A stretch of DNA of 46,328 nucleotides from Candidatus Nomurabacteria bacterium (GCA_028286705.1 JAQBRC010000006.1:1-46328), one strand, 5' to 3'; positions 1-9,171 are shown, numbered from the stretch's first letter. Program-made: numbers and translations. Notes: generated from the sequence alone by a model not told the origin.

Positions 1-258
1 GAGATTGATATCTCCCTGTCCCTGAAAGACACTATGGCACTGCTTGTTGTTCAGGACCACGGAGCGGGTATTCCTGCTGACAAGAAAGAGCATCTCTTTG
101 AGAAGTTCTTCCGAGCTGAAAATACCGCTCAGCAAGGCACTGGATTGGGCCTATACAGCACCAAGCATATTATTGAGCAGCATGGTGGTACAATCGCCAT
201 AGACAGCATAGAACACCAGGGAACCACTGTCTCAATCACCCTGCCCCTGCAGCAATAG
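1..258 (+). CDS. Sensor histidine kinase, C-terminal HATPase fragment (5' end lies outside the window)
   Basis: Frame 1 is open from base 1. The translation has G1/G2-box-like motifs (DHGAGIP, GTGLGL) typical of the HATPase_c domain and ends at a TAG at 256-258. Confidence 0.85.
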   Translation, partial: EIDISLSLKDTMALLVVQDHGAGIPADKKEHLFEKFFRAENTAQQGTGLGLYSTKHIIEQHGGTIAIDSIEHQGTTVSITLPLQQ

Positions 259-294
259 TTTCCTATTTTCCCTAAAAACGCTATACTTGAGCAT

Positions 295-663
295 ATGAAA
301 AAAATACTAATTATCGAAGACGACACCTTTCTAAAGAACATTGAGGGTTCAAAGTTCACCAAGAGCGGGTTTGAGGTAGCTACAGCAATTACCAAGGCTG
401 ACATTACTCAGAATCTTGCAACCTCAACTCCTGACATTATCCTTTTGGACATGATGCTTCCTGACATTGACGGAGAGCAGGTATTGAAGAACCTTAAGGC
501 AGATGAGAAGACCAAGAACATTCCTGTTATCGTGTTCTCAAATCTTTCAAGTGACGGAGACATGAAGAAGATGATTGATGGCGGTGCAGCTGAATTCCTC
601 ATCAAGTCTAACTTCACTCTAGACGAAGTTGTTGAAAAGATTCACGCTCTCATTGGACAATAG
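295..663 (+). CDS. Single-domain response regulator (CheY-like receiver only)
   Basis: 122 aa with receiver hallmarks (ILIIEDD..., DIILLDMMLPDIDG, VIVFSNL). No output domain. Lies 37 nt downstream of the kinase fragment. Confidence 0.9.
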   Translation: MKKILIIEDDTFLKNIEGSKFTKSGFEVATAITKADITQNLATSTPDIILLDMMLPDIDGEQVLKNLKADEKTKNIPVIVFSNLSSDGDMKKMIDGGAAEFLIKSNFTLDEVVEKIHALIGQ

Positions 664-670
664 TTCAAAC

Positions 671-700
671 AAAAAAGACTCCCTTCTGGGAGTCTTTTTT
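671..700. terminator. Bidirectional rho-independent terminator between convergent genes
   Basis: Perfect hairpin aaaaaagactccc/ttct/gggagtctttttt, with an A-run on one side and a T-run on the other. Confidence 0.8.
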
Positions 701-702
701 GT

Positions 703-2595
703 TTATACCTTGAAGCTTTCTTGCAGGTATCCTTTCTTCACCGTTATCGGTTGTGGCGTCGCAACCTTGGTGTATGTTGCGTCTGCGTTCTTCTTATCAA
801 CCGTCACGCTGTATGTTCCGTTAGGAACAAGACAGTAGTAGTTGCCGAGACGGTCTGCAACCTTGTGGGTAATTTCCTGCCCTGTAGCAAGAGACAGTAC
901 ATGGATAATTGCAAATGGCAGTGGCTGCCCTGTAATGGCATCAGTGATAGAACCCTTGGCCTTGTATGCCGGACTATACTGACGAATAAGGAACATCACA
1001 AGGTATACCACAAACACAATGCTGTTATAGATATTGTTACGTGCAATCAATGAGATTGCCGCGATTGAGAAACCGAGACCAAAGAAGATTGTCGAAATAC
1101 GGGCGATAAGAACGTCAGTTTTCTTGTAGTATGAAAGACGCTTTTGTTCAGTCTTGGCAAACTCATTCCAGTCAAAGTTCAACTGGTCCATAGGAATGTT
1201 CTTGGTGATAACTTCTCCCTCTTCTTTAATGGTAATTACATCTCCGAGATAGAGAGCACCGTAGAGCTCATCTTCTGTCTTGTCGGCCAATTTCTTCGAG
1301 GGGAATTCAAAGTTAGTCTTGTTAGCAATGATTCGATACGTGCCTGGCGATACGTAGAATCCGTATCGTCCGTCGATGTCAGTGATTGAAGTAGCGACTT
1401 CGTTGCCATCAAGGTCAGTCAACATCACATATGCGGGATCAATTGGCTGCTTGGTTACACTATCATATACAGTTCCCCATGGATGGCGTCGCTTCTTGAA
1501 TCCGAAGATAACAAGGAGAAGGGTCCATAATCGAAGCGGCAGAAGAATAAGGTCAACGATGCTGATAGGGTTAGCCAATGCAACTACCGCTACGGTGCCA
1601 ACCAATGTCGCTCCCGCACTAACAGCTGTTGCAACCTGTGCTGTTTTTTCTCCTTCTGGACTACGAACAACATTCAATACCTTGGTTGCAGCAGGTGCCA
1701 ACGTTTTGCCAATATCAGTAATTACTTTTGTCGCAGTGCCCAATGCACCGACAATAGTGTTTGAAATTGTTCCAATAGACTCAAGAAACCCTGGGGGAAG
1801 CTGAAGACCTTTATCAAAAATTCCTGGTGTGGGAGTGTCGGTGGGGGTATCCGTAGGAGGAGTCGTAGGCTCCTGCATGTCACCAGGAAGATTGTTTGCT
1901 GGTGGCTGATCTGCTGGTGGAGTGGTAGGCGGAGTAGGTTGCGGTGGCGTTTCGGGCGGAGGAGTAGTGGGGTTCGGAGGAGGAGTAGTTGGAGTGCCGG
2001 GAGTACCCGGAGCACCTCCCGCACCCCCTCCACCTGAAGTACCACCGTTTGTATCCATTACCCAATTAGTGTGTACACAGGTAGCAGCACTGGCACAGTC
2101 AAAGACAATCCACCCATAGTTCTGACTCCAGGCATATCCAGCAGGACCAGAGGTACCTCCAAAGTTTCCGTTTGTACCAATCTTTACCGTTGAAATACTG
2201 CCATTAGTAAATGGGCCGAAGTTAATCCATCCGGTGTTTTCTCCCCAGGCATATCCTGAGAGTACTCCTGCATTGTTAGCGATCTTAAAATTTCCATTAG
2301 CGGCGGTGCAACCACTACTAGTATTTACACAGTTGGTAACAATATACCCAACTGAAGAACCCCATGCATACCCGCGCAACTCTGTATCAGATATTGTTAT
2401 GTTGTATTGAGACTGTGTAGTGAACTTACCAAAGTTAATGGACGTATCAGTCATCAAGCTAGAGTCCAAAAAGGCTGCTTTGTATTGACCCGTTCCCGCA
2501 GGATCAATGGTACCAGAAGCAGCGATAGCTGCAGTTGTTAGAGCTAAAGCTAGCGTAGCCCCAATAAAAATATTCTTTAGGGGAAAAGATTTCAT
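703..2595 (-). CDS. Large surface/membrane protein: signal peptide, three GYAW(G/S)-x3-GWI repeats, Pro/Thr-rich linker, TM segments, two carboxypeptidase-regulatory-like beta-sandwich domains
   Basis: 630-aa ORF. The N-terminus (MKSFPLKNIFIGATLALALTTAAIAAS) looks like a signal peptide. Repeats are RGYAWGSSVGYI, SGYAWGENTGWINF and AGYAWSQNYGWIVF. The PT-rich run is TPGTPTTPPPNPTTPPPETPPQPTPP. Hydrophobic helices follow. CarboxypepD_reg-like strings are DLDGNEVATSITDIDGRYGFYVSPGTYRI and ATGQEITHKVADRLGNYYCLVPNGTYSV. Confidence 0.8.
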   Translation of the reverse strand: MKSFPLKNIFIGATLALALTTAAIAASGTIDPAGTGQYKAAFLDSSLMTDTSINFGKFTTQSQYNITISDTELRGYAWGSSVGYIVTNCVNTSSGCTAANGNFKIANNAGVLSGYAWGENTGWINFGPFTNGSISTVKIGTNGNFGGTSGPAGYAWSQNYGWIVFDCASAATCVHTNWVMDTNGGTSGGGGAGGAPGTPGTPTTPPPNPTTPPPETPPQPTPPTTPPADQPPANNLPGDMQEPTTPPTDTPTDTPTPGIFDKGLQLPPGFLESIGTISNTIVGALGTATKVITDIGKTLAPAATKVLNVVRSPEGEKTAQVATAVSAGATLVGTVAVVALANPISIVDLILLPLRLWTLLLVIFGFKKRRHPWGTVYDSVTKQPIDPAYVMLTDLDGNEVATSITDIDGRYGFYVSPGTYRIIANKTNFEFPSKKLADKTEDELYGALYLGDVITIKEEGEVITKNIPMDQLNFDWNEFAKTEQKRLSYYKKTDVLIARISTIFFGLGFSIAAISLIARNNIYNSIVFVVYLVMFLIRQYSPAYKAKGSITDAITGQPLPFAIIHVLSLATGQEITHKVADRLGNYYCLVPNGTYSVTVDKKNADATYTKVATPQPITVKKGYLQESFKV

Positions 2596-2630
2596 TACCC
2601 AATTATAGTACGTTTTTTTATAAAGTAATA

Positions 2631-2660
2631 ATGAAAAACCCCAGAGATGGGGGTTTTCAT
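2631..2660 (-). terminator. Rho-independent terminator downstream of the 79-aa gene
   Basis: GC-rich hairpin atgaaaaacccc/agagat/gggggttttcat followed by a T-run on the minus strand. Confidence 0.7.
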
Positions 2661-2678
2661 TATTACCTTCCTCTGATA

Positions 2679-2918
2679 TTAATTAAAGTCTTTTCGTTCG
2701 TTTTCTTTAGGGGAATGAAGGTTGTCCATTTTCTCTTTCCATTCTTCAGCCTTTATATGCGTTCCATCAAAATCAGTTGTATACCATGCACCATCCCCGT
2801 CTTGAGTAAGGGGTCTATTGTAGATGTTATATAACGCTCTTGCATTGGCGACTACTTCTTCTTGGGAGAATTGAGGTACTTTTGGTGCTTCAGGAAATTG
2901 TATGTTTAATTGTTCCAT
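2679..2918 (-). CDS. Hypothetical small protein (79 aa)
   Basis: ORF bracketed by two hairpin terminators (2631-2660 and 2976-3005), so it looks like a monocistronic unit. No recognisable motif. Confidence 0.5.
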   Translation of the reverse strand: MEQLNIQFPEAPKVPQFSQEEVVANARALYNIYNRPLTQDGDGAWYTTDFDGTHIKAEEWKEKMDNLHSPKENERKDFN

Positions 2919-2975
2919 ATATCTATATGATAACAGAATATGGGGTTAGAAACCTAGAAATGCTTTAAGTATTTA

Positions 2976-3005
2976 AAAAGCACACTCAGCTTGAGTGTGC
3001 TTTTT
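2976..3005 (-). terminator. Rho-independent terminator
   Basis: Hairpin aaaaagcacactc/agct/tgagtgtgcttttt immediately downstream of the 3018-3311 gene. Confidence 0.75.
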
Positions 3006-3017
3006 AGCGTAATAAAT

Positions 3018-3311
3018 TTATTGTGCCTGAACAGTTGTTGAGGTTGCTGGGGCAGGGACTGCAGTTGTACCTGCTGCAGGTTGCTGATCGTCCTGTACCT
3101 CTCCGTCGTTAGGGTTGGTATTGTTATCATCGCGCATCATCGATTCCTGACCTTGCTCGTTACGATCGCCATGACCTTCTTCTCGTGAGACAGCAAGACC
3201 AATAGTAGCTGCTGTCATAAGTACCAATGCAATCGCAAGTCCGCAGATAATAGCGTTCTTGCTGATTACTACTGTCTTTGACTCCACCTTTTTGTTTTCA
3301 ATAGTTTCCAT
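3018..3311 (-). CDS. Small membrane-anchored protein with low-complexity acidic/Pro-Ala tail
   Basis: 97 aa with one hydrophobic helix (IICGLAIALVLMTAATIGLAV), then a D/N/Q-rich and PAAGTTAVPAPATS tail. Confidence 0.55.
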   Translation of the reverse strand: METIENKKVESKTVVISKNAIICGLAIALVLMTAATIGLAVSREEGHGDRNEQGQESMMRDDNNTNPNDGEVQDDQQPAAGTTAVPAPATSTTVQAQ

Positions 3312-3379
3312 ATGTATTAATTCGATTATTAGCTGTTACGGGTTAATAGTAATTTCCCTAGATGAAGTTTCGATGAACT

Positions 3380-4159
3380 TTACACAATGACCTTTTCGGT
3401 CGAAACATCCTTCTTCGTCGTCGTTAGGTATATGACAGTCCCCAATATTGCCATAAGGAAAAGGGCGCTTGTAACAACAGTTCCCAACCCCAGACCTCCG
3501 TCAATCTTGTCCTGTGACAGGAAGTCACCAATCGATGCTCCCAATGGGCGCGTAAGGATATAGGCTATCCAGAAAGAAAACACTGCATTCATTTTCATTT
3601 TCTTGTGGGCAAAGTATACGACCGCAATAGCTGCTGCAAACAATGCTGCGGATATAAAGTAGCCAACGTTGAGCGTTTCAGCGATAAGGTCGCCCGCTGC
3701 GGTTCCCAATGCAAAGGTAAACAGGATTGTCAGCCAGTAGAATGCTTCTCTGCTCTTGGTAAAAATCGAATGAATGGAAAGTGTCTTTTCCTTGGCATAC
3801 CAGATAAGAAACGTTATCGCCAGTGCGATAGAAAATACGATTGTCGTTGTTACCAATGAAATGCCAAGATTATCGGTAAGGTTATCCGTAATGAGCGTTC
3901 CAACAATACTGATCAGCACTACTGAAAGCCAGTATATGCTTGGAGTATATTTTTTTGACCGGAACTGAAATATAAGCGCAACAACAAGCAATACTCCCAT
4001 GACGAGACTGGTACCTGTTAGCCCTAGATTAAGATTAGTATTTAAAAAGTCAGCAGCTGTCTCCCCTACCGTTGTACAAAGGATCTTGATGATCCAAAAA
4101 TAAAGGGTTATCTCAGGGACTTTGTTCAGTAATTGCCTTCCGATATTTTTTGTATTCAT
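3380..4159 (-). CDS. Polytopic membrane protein with internal duplication (resembles the COG4705-type 'membrane-anchored protein' family)
   Basis: 259 aa with about 8 hydrophobic helices. The two halves share a motif (LYFWIIKILCTTVGETAADFL and FSFWIAYILTRPLGASIGDFL). Family assignment is from memory of that motif only. Confidence 0.7.
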   Translation of the reverse strand: MNTKNIGRQLLNKVPEITLYFWIIKILCTTVGETAADFLNTNLNLGLTGTSLVMGVLLVVALIFQFRSKKYTPSIYWLSVVLISIVGTLITDNLTDNLGISLVTTTIVFSIALAITFLIWYAKEKTLSIHSIFTKSREAFYWLTILFTFALGTAAGDLIAETLNVGYFISAALFAAAIAVVYFAHKKMKMNAVFSFWIAYILTRPLGASIGDFLSQDKIDGGLGLGTVVTSALFLMAILGTVIYLTTTKKDVSTEKVIV

Positions 4160-4207
4160 ATGCTAAAAGAATACAAATCATATATGAAGCCTTCATGAAG
4201 AAGCCTG

Positions 4208-4864
4208 TTAATAAGTGATTCCCGGTATGACGAAGAATCCGTACAGCACGGCATAAAAGTTAAGGAGCGAATGACTCAGAATAATAAGTGGCAAGCTAGG
4301 ATAACGATAGTACATAATCGCAAAACCGAGTCCCCCGACAAGCGCAACCGGCAGCCCTACCAACGGATTAGGAAAGATCGTATGGAGAAAGACAAACAAA
4401 GCAGTATTTAGCGCGATAATGAAAAGAGGGTTTTTGAACAGCCTTCCAAGGGCAGGCATAAGGTATCCCCTGTATATTATTTCCTGAAATACTGAGACAA
4501 CGAAGAATGTATACAGGAAGTGCTGATGGTTCCACCACGCACTGAGTTCCTCAACCTTCGTAATGCTTTCGCCAAACTGTGTGATGAGAAGGGTCATGAC
4601 AAGGGTGAAGATGGCGTAGGGCAAGAGGTATTTCTTGAAGGTAGACTTCTGAACACCGAGCATTCGCCAGCTCCACTTTTCCACAAAAAGTACTACAAGA
4701 AATACAACTACAATTATCGCCATCAGCAACACTCTCCTGTTTAAGGGGATAAATCCTAAGTGTACGAGAAGTATGGGGAGAATGAATACCAATAAAATCT
4801 GAAGGGTGATTTCCTTTCTTGTGTTTTTTATATTCTCAATCGAATATTTTAGATGTTCATTCAT
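4208..4864 (-). CDS. CPBP-family intramembrane metalloprotease (CAAX protease-like)
   Basis: Polytopic 218-aa protein with the family motifs (Q/E)ExxxR (FQEIIYRGYL), FxxxH (FVFLH) and HxxxN (HSLLN). Confidence 0.8.
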   Translation of the reverse strand: MNEHLKYSIENIKNTRKEITLQILLVFILPILLVHLGFIPLNRRVLLMAIIVVVFLVVLFVEKWSWRMLGVQKSTFKKYLLPYAIFTLVMTLLITQFGESITKVEELSAWWNHQHFLYTFFVVSVFQEIIYRGYLMPALGRLFKNPLFIIALNTALFVFLHTIFPNPLVGLPVALVGGLGFAIMYYRYPSLPLIILSHSLLNFYAVLYGFFVIPGITY

Positions 4865-4882
4865 TGTCCTAATGATATCATC

Positions 4883-5659
4883 TTATACTAATATCAGAGA
4901 AACGGGGTCGTGATCAGAAAGTGCTGGCTCAATGTACAAGGGTTCATTGCTTTTAATACTCAACCCTAATTGTTCTATATCCTTGGTAAGGATATAGTCA
5001 TACCGTTCAGACAAAAGAACCCTGTTTATCCAATTGTTAACATGAGGATTTTCCTTACGATATGATGGGAACACACCTTCGAAACCATCATGATGACCAA
5101 ACCCATTCTTGTTGAGCATCTTTCCCAACGGACTATCTTTCATCATGTCATGTTCGTTGAAGTCCCCTGCTAACACAGTGGGCAAATCAGGCTCATGCTT
5201 CATTGTGGCGAAAAGCGTATGCAATTGTCGTATGCGAATTCTATTGGTGTTTATGAACTTACTCGACTGATGATGAAGGTGAATATTGAGTATACGCAAA
5301 AGCCCTTTTGGCGTTTCCAAGATAGTCTCAAGCACGCCCTTGTTTCCGATAATCTCGCTGACCGATATGCCCCACCTGCCAAAAGGAATGAACCGTACCG
5401 ATCTGATGGGGTACTTTGAAAACGTAAGCAGTCCACCATTGTTTCGTCGTATTCCTGCCTCTGATACAGCATCATAATATCCCTGACTTCTCATATATTC
5501 AGACAACAATGACCGGTGTTTGAGACTCCATGATTCTTGCAGACAAATAATATCTGTTTTCCTGTCTGCCAAGAACTTACCAATCTGCAATAGTCGTCTT
5601 TCCCTGTCTCGAACAAACCATAACGGCAAGTCCCAAATGTTGTAGGTGATTATTTCCAT
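4883..5659 (-). CDS. Endonuclease/exonuclease/phosphatase (EEP) family protein
   Basis: Motifs ITYNIWDLP, DIICLQESW, LAGDFN and LSDHDPV match the EEP (sphingomyelinase/DNase I-like) catalytic set. Confidence 0.85.
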   Translation of the reverse strand: MEIITYNIWDLPLWFVRDRERRLLQIGKFLADRKTDIICLQESWSLKHRSLLSEYMRSQGYYDAVSEAGIRRNNGGLLTFSKYPIRSVRFIPFGRWGISVSEIIGNKGVLETILETPKGLLRILNIHLHHQSSKFINTNRIRIRQLHTLFATMKHEPDLPTVLAGDFNEHDMMKDSPLGKMLNKNGFGHHDGFEGVFPSYRKENPHVNNWINRVLLSERYDYILTKDIEQLGLSIKSNEPLYIEPALSDHDPVSLILV

Positions 5660-5662
5660 AGG

Positions 5663-6403
5663 CTATCGCGGATGAACTATTTCAGCACTTTGTTCGCTTG
5701 AATAAGTCCGACCAATAGCAAGGCTGAAGAATGCCTTGTAATAGTTCATTGAGGTAGTAAAAAATCCCTGCGTGGCAAATCTGCGATGAGACGTTTTCAT
5801 GACCAGTCCCGTATCAAAGACAATCTTTCCAAATGGGACAATTCTTTTTGCTGTATCAGTATCCTCAGCATAAAACTGCAAGGCGGTATTGTATCCGCCA
5901 GCTTTCTCTAATGCCGTTTTTCTGATAAAAGCATTCCCTCCAATAAGCAGTGCTCCCCTCTTTTTCTTTTGAAGATACCAGCTAAAAAATCGGTAAAGGG
6001 TTTTCTGACTCGCTAAGGCAAAAAATTTGAAATACCAAGAACCGTCATAGTAATCATATGGACCGGTCACCCCTACTACATGCGGGTCTTTGAAATAAGG
6101 TGATGCAATAGAAAGCCAATGTTTGTTTGGAAGACAGTCTGCATCCAGTTGCGCTAGAACTGCCCCAGTAGCCGCAGCAAGCCCCGCACTTCGAGCAAAG
6201 AGTAATCCCTGTCTCGATTCCTCAACCAGTCGCACCCTTTCATCGCCAAGGTACAAGCGCACTATATTTGCCGTATTGTCAGAGGAATTGTTGTTAACAA
6301 CGACAACTTCAAAATCTGAATACTCTTGGGCAAGAACAGCATCAATTGTCTTGGCAATATACTTTTCTTCATTATAGGCGGGAATGACTACTGATATCTT
6401 CAT
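5663..6403 (-). CDS. Family 2 glycosyltransferase
   Basis: N-terminal ISVVIPAYNEEKYI and a DxD-type motif (QLDADC), typical of GT-A/GT2. Overlaps the upstream PAP2 gene by 4 nt. Confidence 0.9.
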   Translation of the reverse strand: MKISVVIPAYNEEKYIAKTIDAVLAQEYSDFEVVVVNNNSSDNTANIVRLYLGDERVRLVEESRQGLLFARSAGLAAATGAVLAQLDADCLPNKHWLSIASPYFKDPHVVGVTGPYDYYDGSWYFKFFALASQKTLYRFFSWYLQKKKRGALLIGGNAFIRKTALEKAGGYNTALQFYAEDTDTAKRIVPFGKIVFDTGLVMKTSHRRFATQGFFTTSMNYYKAFFSLAIGRTYSSEQSAEIVHPR

Positions 6404-6903
6404 AGGAATGTCATACCAATTAAAACACCTAAGCTTCCTATTACAAACCCCGCTATAACGTCAGTGAAGTAATGAACGCCTAGATATAGCCTACTTATTC
6501 CAATGAGCAGAATGATTAGTATTGCGACAAGGGCAATTACTATTCTTAAGTTTTTTGAAACCTGTTTCTTCATCAGCATGATAGCAATGAAACCATAGAA
6601 TGCCACGGCGATAGTTGCGTGCCCGCTAGGGAAAGAGTAATCGGTTTCTGTTAATAGCGCATTGAGAGGACGAGCGCGGTGGAACACTATTTTTCCAATA
6701 TATGTAATAGGTTCAGATACTGCCAGAGCAATAACAAATGCCTTTAGGTATCGATAGTTTCGGTTGTACACGAGTATTCCCGCAACTAGTATAAAAAGTA
6801 TCCCTATTGTTTTTAAGTCACCGAGGGAAGTGGCTACTTTAAAGAATGCTGTTCTGTCTAGAGAACGAAGGCTGAAGAAAAACTGACTTATTGCTATATC
6901 CAT
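6400..6903 (-). CDS. PAP2-superfamily phosphatase (undecaprenyl-diphosphatase / lipid phosphatase type)
   Basis: All three PAP2 motifs are present: KIVFHRARP, PSGH and SRLYLGVHYFTD. Polytopic membrane protein. Confidence 0.9.
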   Translation of the reverse strand: MDIAISQFFFSLRSLDRTAFFKVATSLGDLKTIGILFILVAGILVYNRNYRYLKAFVIALAVSEPITYIGKIVFHRARPLNALLTETDYSFPSGHATIAVAFYGFIAIMLMKKQVSKNLRIVIALVAILIILLIGISRLYLGVHYFTDVIAGFVIGSLGVLIGMTFL

Positions 6904-6948
6904 ATGCTTTATTTAACTAAAATCATATGAAGAAAAGATGAAGATAGC

Positions 6949-7956
6949 TTACTGCTTTACAGGAAGCGTAACAACAACAATTGTTCCATTGCCAAGTTCG
7001 CTCTTTATATTAATCGTTCCGTGGTACTGCTCAACAATATCCTTGGTGAGAGCAAGTCCTAGCCCTGTTCCGCTACCGCTACGCGCGTTGTCTGCCTTAT
7101 AGAATCTTTTGAAAATATGTGGCAGATCCTTTTCGCTTATGCCGATACCGTTGTCTACTATGGTTACAAGCACGTCTTTGTAACTACGTTCTACCGAAAC
7201 AGTAACCAATCCCCCTTCACGAGTATAGGTAAGGGCGTTCGCAATGATGTTCTTGAATATTCTTCCTAGTGCCTGCTTCTCGCCATTAATAACAGCCTCC
7301 TTGGAAGCTAGCGATGCAGTAAAAGAAAGTTCTATTTTTTTCTGAACTGCTAAACCTTGCAATTGGCTTACCTGCTGCTGCACTATCGTACTTAGTATCA
7401 ATGGCCCTGCCTTTACAGACTTTCCTCTTGAAAGCTCTAAAAGATCGCTTGTCATTGTAGTGAGGTTATTTAGTTCTTCAAGATTACTCCTTAAGACATT
7501 TTTTACGTTTTCTGAGAGCATTTCCTTGCTTCTTAGAAGCACTTCAATTTCAGTCTTCATGACCGCCAATGGCGTACGGAGTTCGTGCGAAGCGTCTGCA
7601 CTAAAAGCCTCTTGTGCTTCGAGTGAACGCTTCACAGGTTTTAGTGTCACCCCTGCCAATATGTAGCTTCCAATTGACGCAAAAAGAAAGATAACGATAT
7701 CGATCGTAATAATCTGAAACTGGATATGGTCAACTGCCGCCTCGTATACCTGGTGACGAATGACTTGGTCAGCAGTCTCGACAAACTCATGTCGAACATT
7801 GTTAATCAAGGAAAAGTACATGGCAGCGCTATAAATTGCCAGCGTCAAAATAATGATCAGCAAGTATAATGCAGTCAGTTTGATACGCGTCCAAACAAAG
7901 ATGTTAGACCGTAAGGCGATAGCCCATTCCTCGAAGTGTTTCCAAGCTTTTTTCAT
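6949..7956 (-). CDS. Sensor histidine kinase
   Basis: Two N-terminal TM helices, H-box SHELRTPL, N-box NIIANALTY, G-boxes DNGIGI and GTGLGL. The ATG at 7956 overlaps the response-regulator gene by 53 nt, and no alternative start codon exists downstream in frame. Confidence 0.9.
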   Translation of the reverse strand: MKKAWKHFEEWAIALRSNIFVWTRIKLTALYLLIIILTLAIYSAAMYFSLINNVRHEFVETADQVIRHQVYEAAVDHIQFQIITIDIVIFLFASIGSYILAGVTLKPVKRSLEAQEAFSADASHELRTPLAVMKTEIEVLLRSKEMLSENVKNVLRSNLEELNNLTTMTSDLLELSRGKSVKAGPLILSTIVQQQVSQLQGLAVQKKIELSFTASLASKEAVINGEKQALGRIFKNIIANALTYTREGGLVTVSVERSYKDVLVTIVDNGIGISEKDLPHIFKRFYKADNARSGSGTGLGLALTKDIVEQYHGTINIKSELGNGTIVVVTLPVKQ

Positions 7957-8572
7957 AGTGTGATAATTTCTTTCTTAGGTTCTTAATGTGAACGTCGACG
8001 ACGTTGCTGAATGAATCAAATGAGTAGTCCCAGACATGGGCAAGTATCTGCTCTCGACTAATGACTTGGTTGGGGTGACGTAAAAGGTATTCCAGTATGC
8101 CGAATTCGCGCAAGGTTAGCAATAACGGAATGCCATCTACCGTTATAGCCTTTGTAGTCGTATTAAGCTCAAGGTTGTTTGCTCTTAGTATCAAGGGTGA
8201 AACTTCTTGAGGTCGCCGCAGTACGGCTCGAATGCGAGCCAGCAATTCTTCAAATGAAAACGGCTTGATGAGATAGTCATCGGCACCCGCATCCAGACCA
8301 GCGATCTTGTCCGAAACGGTGTCTTTCGCAGTCAGCATTATGATTGGAGTCATTATATTCCCCTCTCGCAGAGCTGAGCACACTGAAACTCCATCCTTGC
8401 CCGGAAGCATCACATCCAAGATCATTGCGTCATAATCCTGAGAACTCGCGATCATGCGACGTTCGGCCTCTTCTCCATTAAAGAGGACATCAACTGTATA
8501 ACCCTCCTGTTCGAGGCCCTTTTTTGTTGAAAGTGCCAGTTTTTCATTATCTTCTGTAAGAAGTATCTTCAT
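7904..8572 (-). CDS. OmpR/PhoB-family response regulator
   Basis: Receiver motifs (ILLTEDN, ILDVMLPGKDG, LTAKD) plus a C-terminal winged-helix region (LTLREFGILEYLL...GMGYRL). Confidence 0.92.
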   Translation of the reverse strand: MKILLTEDNEKLALSTKKGLEQEGYTVDVLFNGEEAERRMIASSQDYDAMILDVMLPGKDGVSVCSALREGNIMTPIIMLTAKDTVSDKIAGLDAGADDYLIKPFSFEELLARIRAVLRRPQEVSPLILRANNLELNTTTKAITVDGIPLLLTLREFGILEYLLRHPNQVISREQILAHVWDYSFDSFSNVVDVHIKNLRKKLSHYEKSLETLRGMGYRLTV

Positions 8573-8716
8573 ACCCTATTAACTATAGCATTTAGAATGA
8601 AGATATGATGAAGTACTCCTCTTCATGTAGACCTCATAATTGGATCGTATGTACTAGTGTATCCCAATGCAAAAGAATTGATTGGGGTACGCCCTACAAG
8701 CATAAATGAGTACCAT

Positions 8717-9022
8717 ATGAATAAAAAATACCTTATTGGCGCGACAGGATTGCTAGCAGTTGGAGCAATTAGCTCTATTGCAGTGCAATCATTCGCGCAA
8801 AGTACACCATCGCCATCTCAGGCAGTGGTTGCTCCCTCTAGCGTTGTTTCTAGTACTACCCAAGTAGATACTGAGACCAATGATGACGCTAGCATCTCTT
8901 CTACAGAACAGACAAATACTGTAGAAAAGGATACTGACGTTGAGGTTGCTGATGATGGAGGTACTGCCCTATCACCACACAGCATTGTCAGCGATGGTGC
9001 CGGTGAAAACCCAAACGATTAA
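8717..9022 (+). CDS. Small secreted acidic protein (hypothetical)
   Basis: From the ATG at 8717 the product begins MNKKYLIGATGLLAVGAISSIAVQSFAQS (signal-peptide-like). The track's longer form starts at a GTG at 8657. A hairpin terminator follows. Confidence 0.55.
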   Translation: MNKKYLIGATGLLAVGAISSIAVQSFAQSTPSPSQAVVAPSSVVSSTTQVDTETNDDASISSTEQTNTVEKDTDVEVADDGGTALSPHSIVSDGAGENPND

Positions 9023-9031
9023 GTTGCTACT

Positions 9032-9060
9032 ATAAGACGCCTTACGAGAAGGCGTCTTAT
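9032..9060 (+). terminator. Rho-independent terminator
   Basis: Hairpin ataagacgcctt/acga/gaaggcgtcttat followed by ttgtttc. Confidence 0.7.
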
Positions 9061-9100
9061 TTGTTTCTTCTTAGGAGATAGCGTACCAAGTACATTAATG

Positions 9101-9171
9101 TGCGGGTACAGGGAATCGAACCCTGGTCTACACATTGGAAGTGTGTCATTCTACCACTAAACTATACCCGC
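9101..9171 (-). tRNA. tRNA-Gly (anticodon UCC)
   Basis: The reverse complement, GCGGGTATAGTTTAGTGGTAGAATGACACACTTCCAATGTGTAGACCAGGGTTCGATTCCCTGTACCCGCA, folds as a cloverleaf. Anticodon loop is CTTCCAA and T-loop is GGTTCGATTCC. No CCA is encoded (3' flank is CAT). Confidence 0.9.

Noticed and set aside
1722-2119. Three ORFs (1722-2045 -, 1880-2065 -, 1922-2119 +) rich in Leu/Arg/Gly
   Set aside because: They are alternative-frame shadows of the Pro/Thr- and Gly-rich low-complexity segment of the 630-aa gene, which suppresses stops in other frames.
7904-7956. 53-nt overlap between the response-regulator and kinase genes, considered as possible frameshift or mis-annotation
   Set aside because: Both ORFs are full-length with intact N- and C-terminal motifs, and no alternative in-frame start exists. 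Such overlaps occur in compact genomes, so it is noted but not treated as anomalous.
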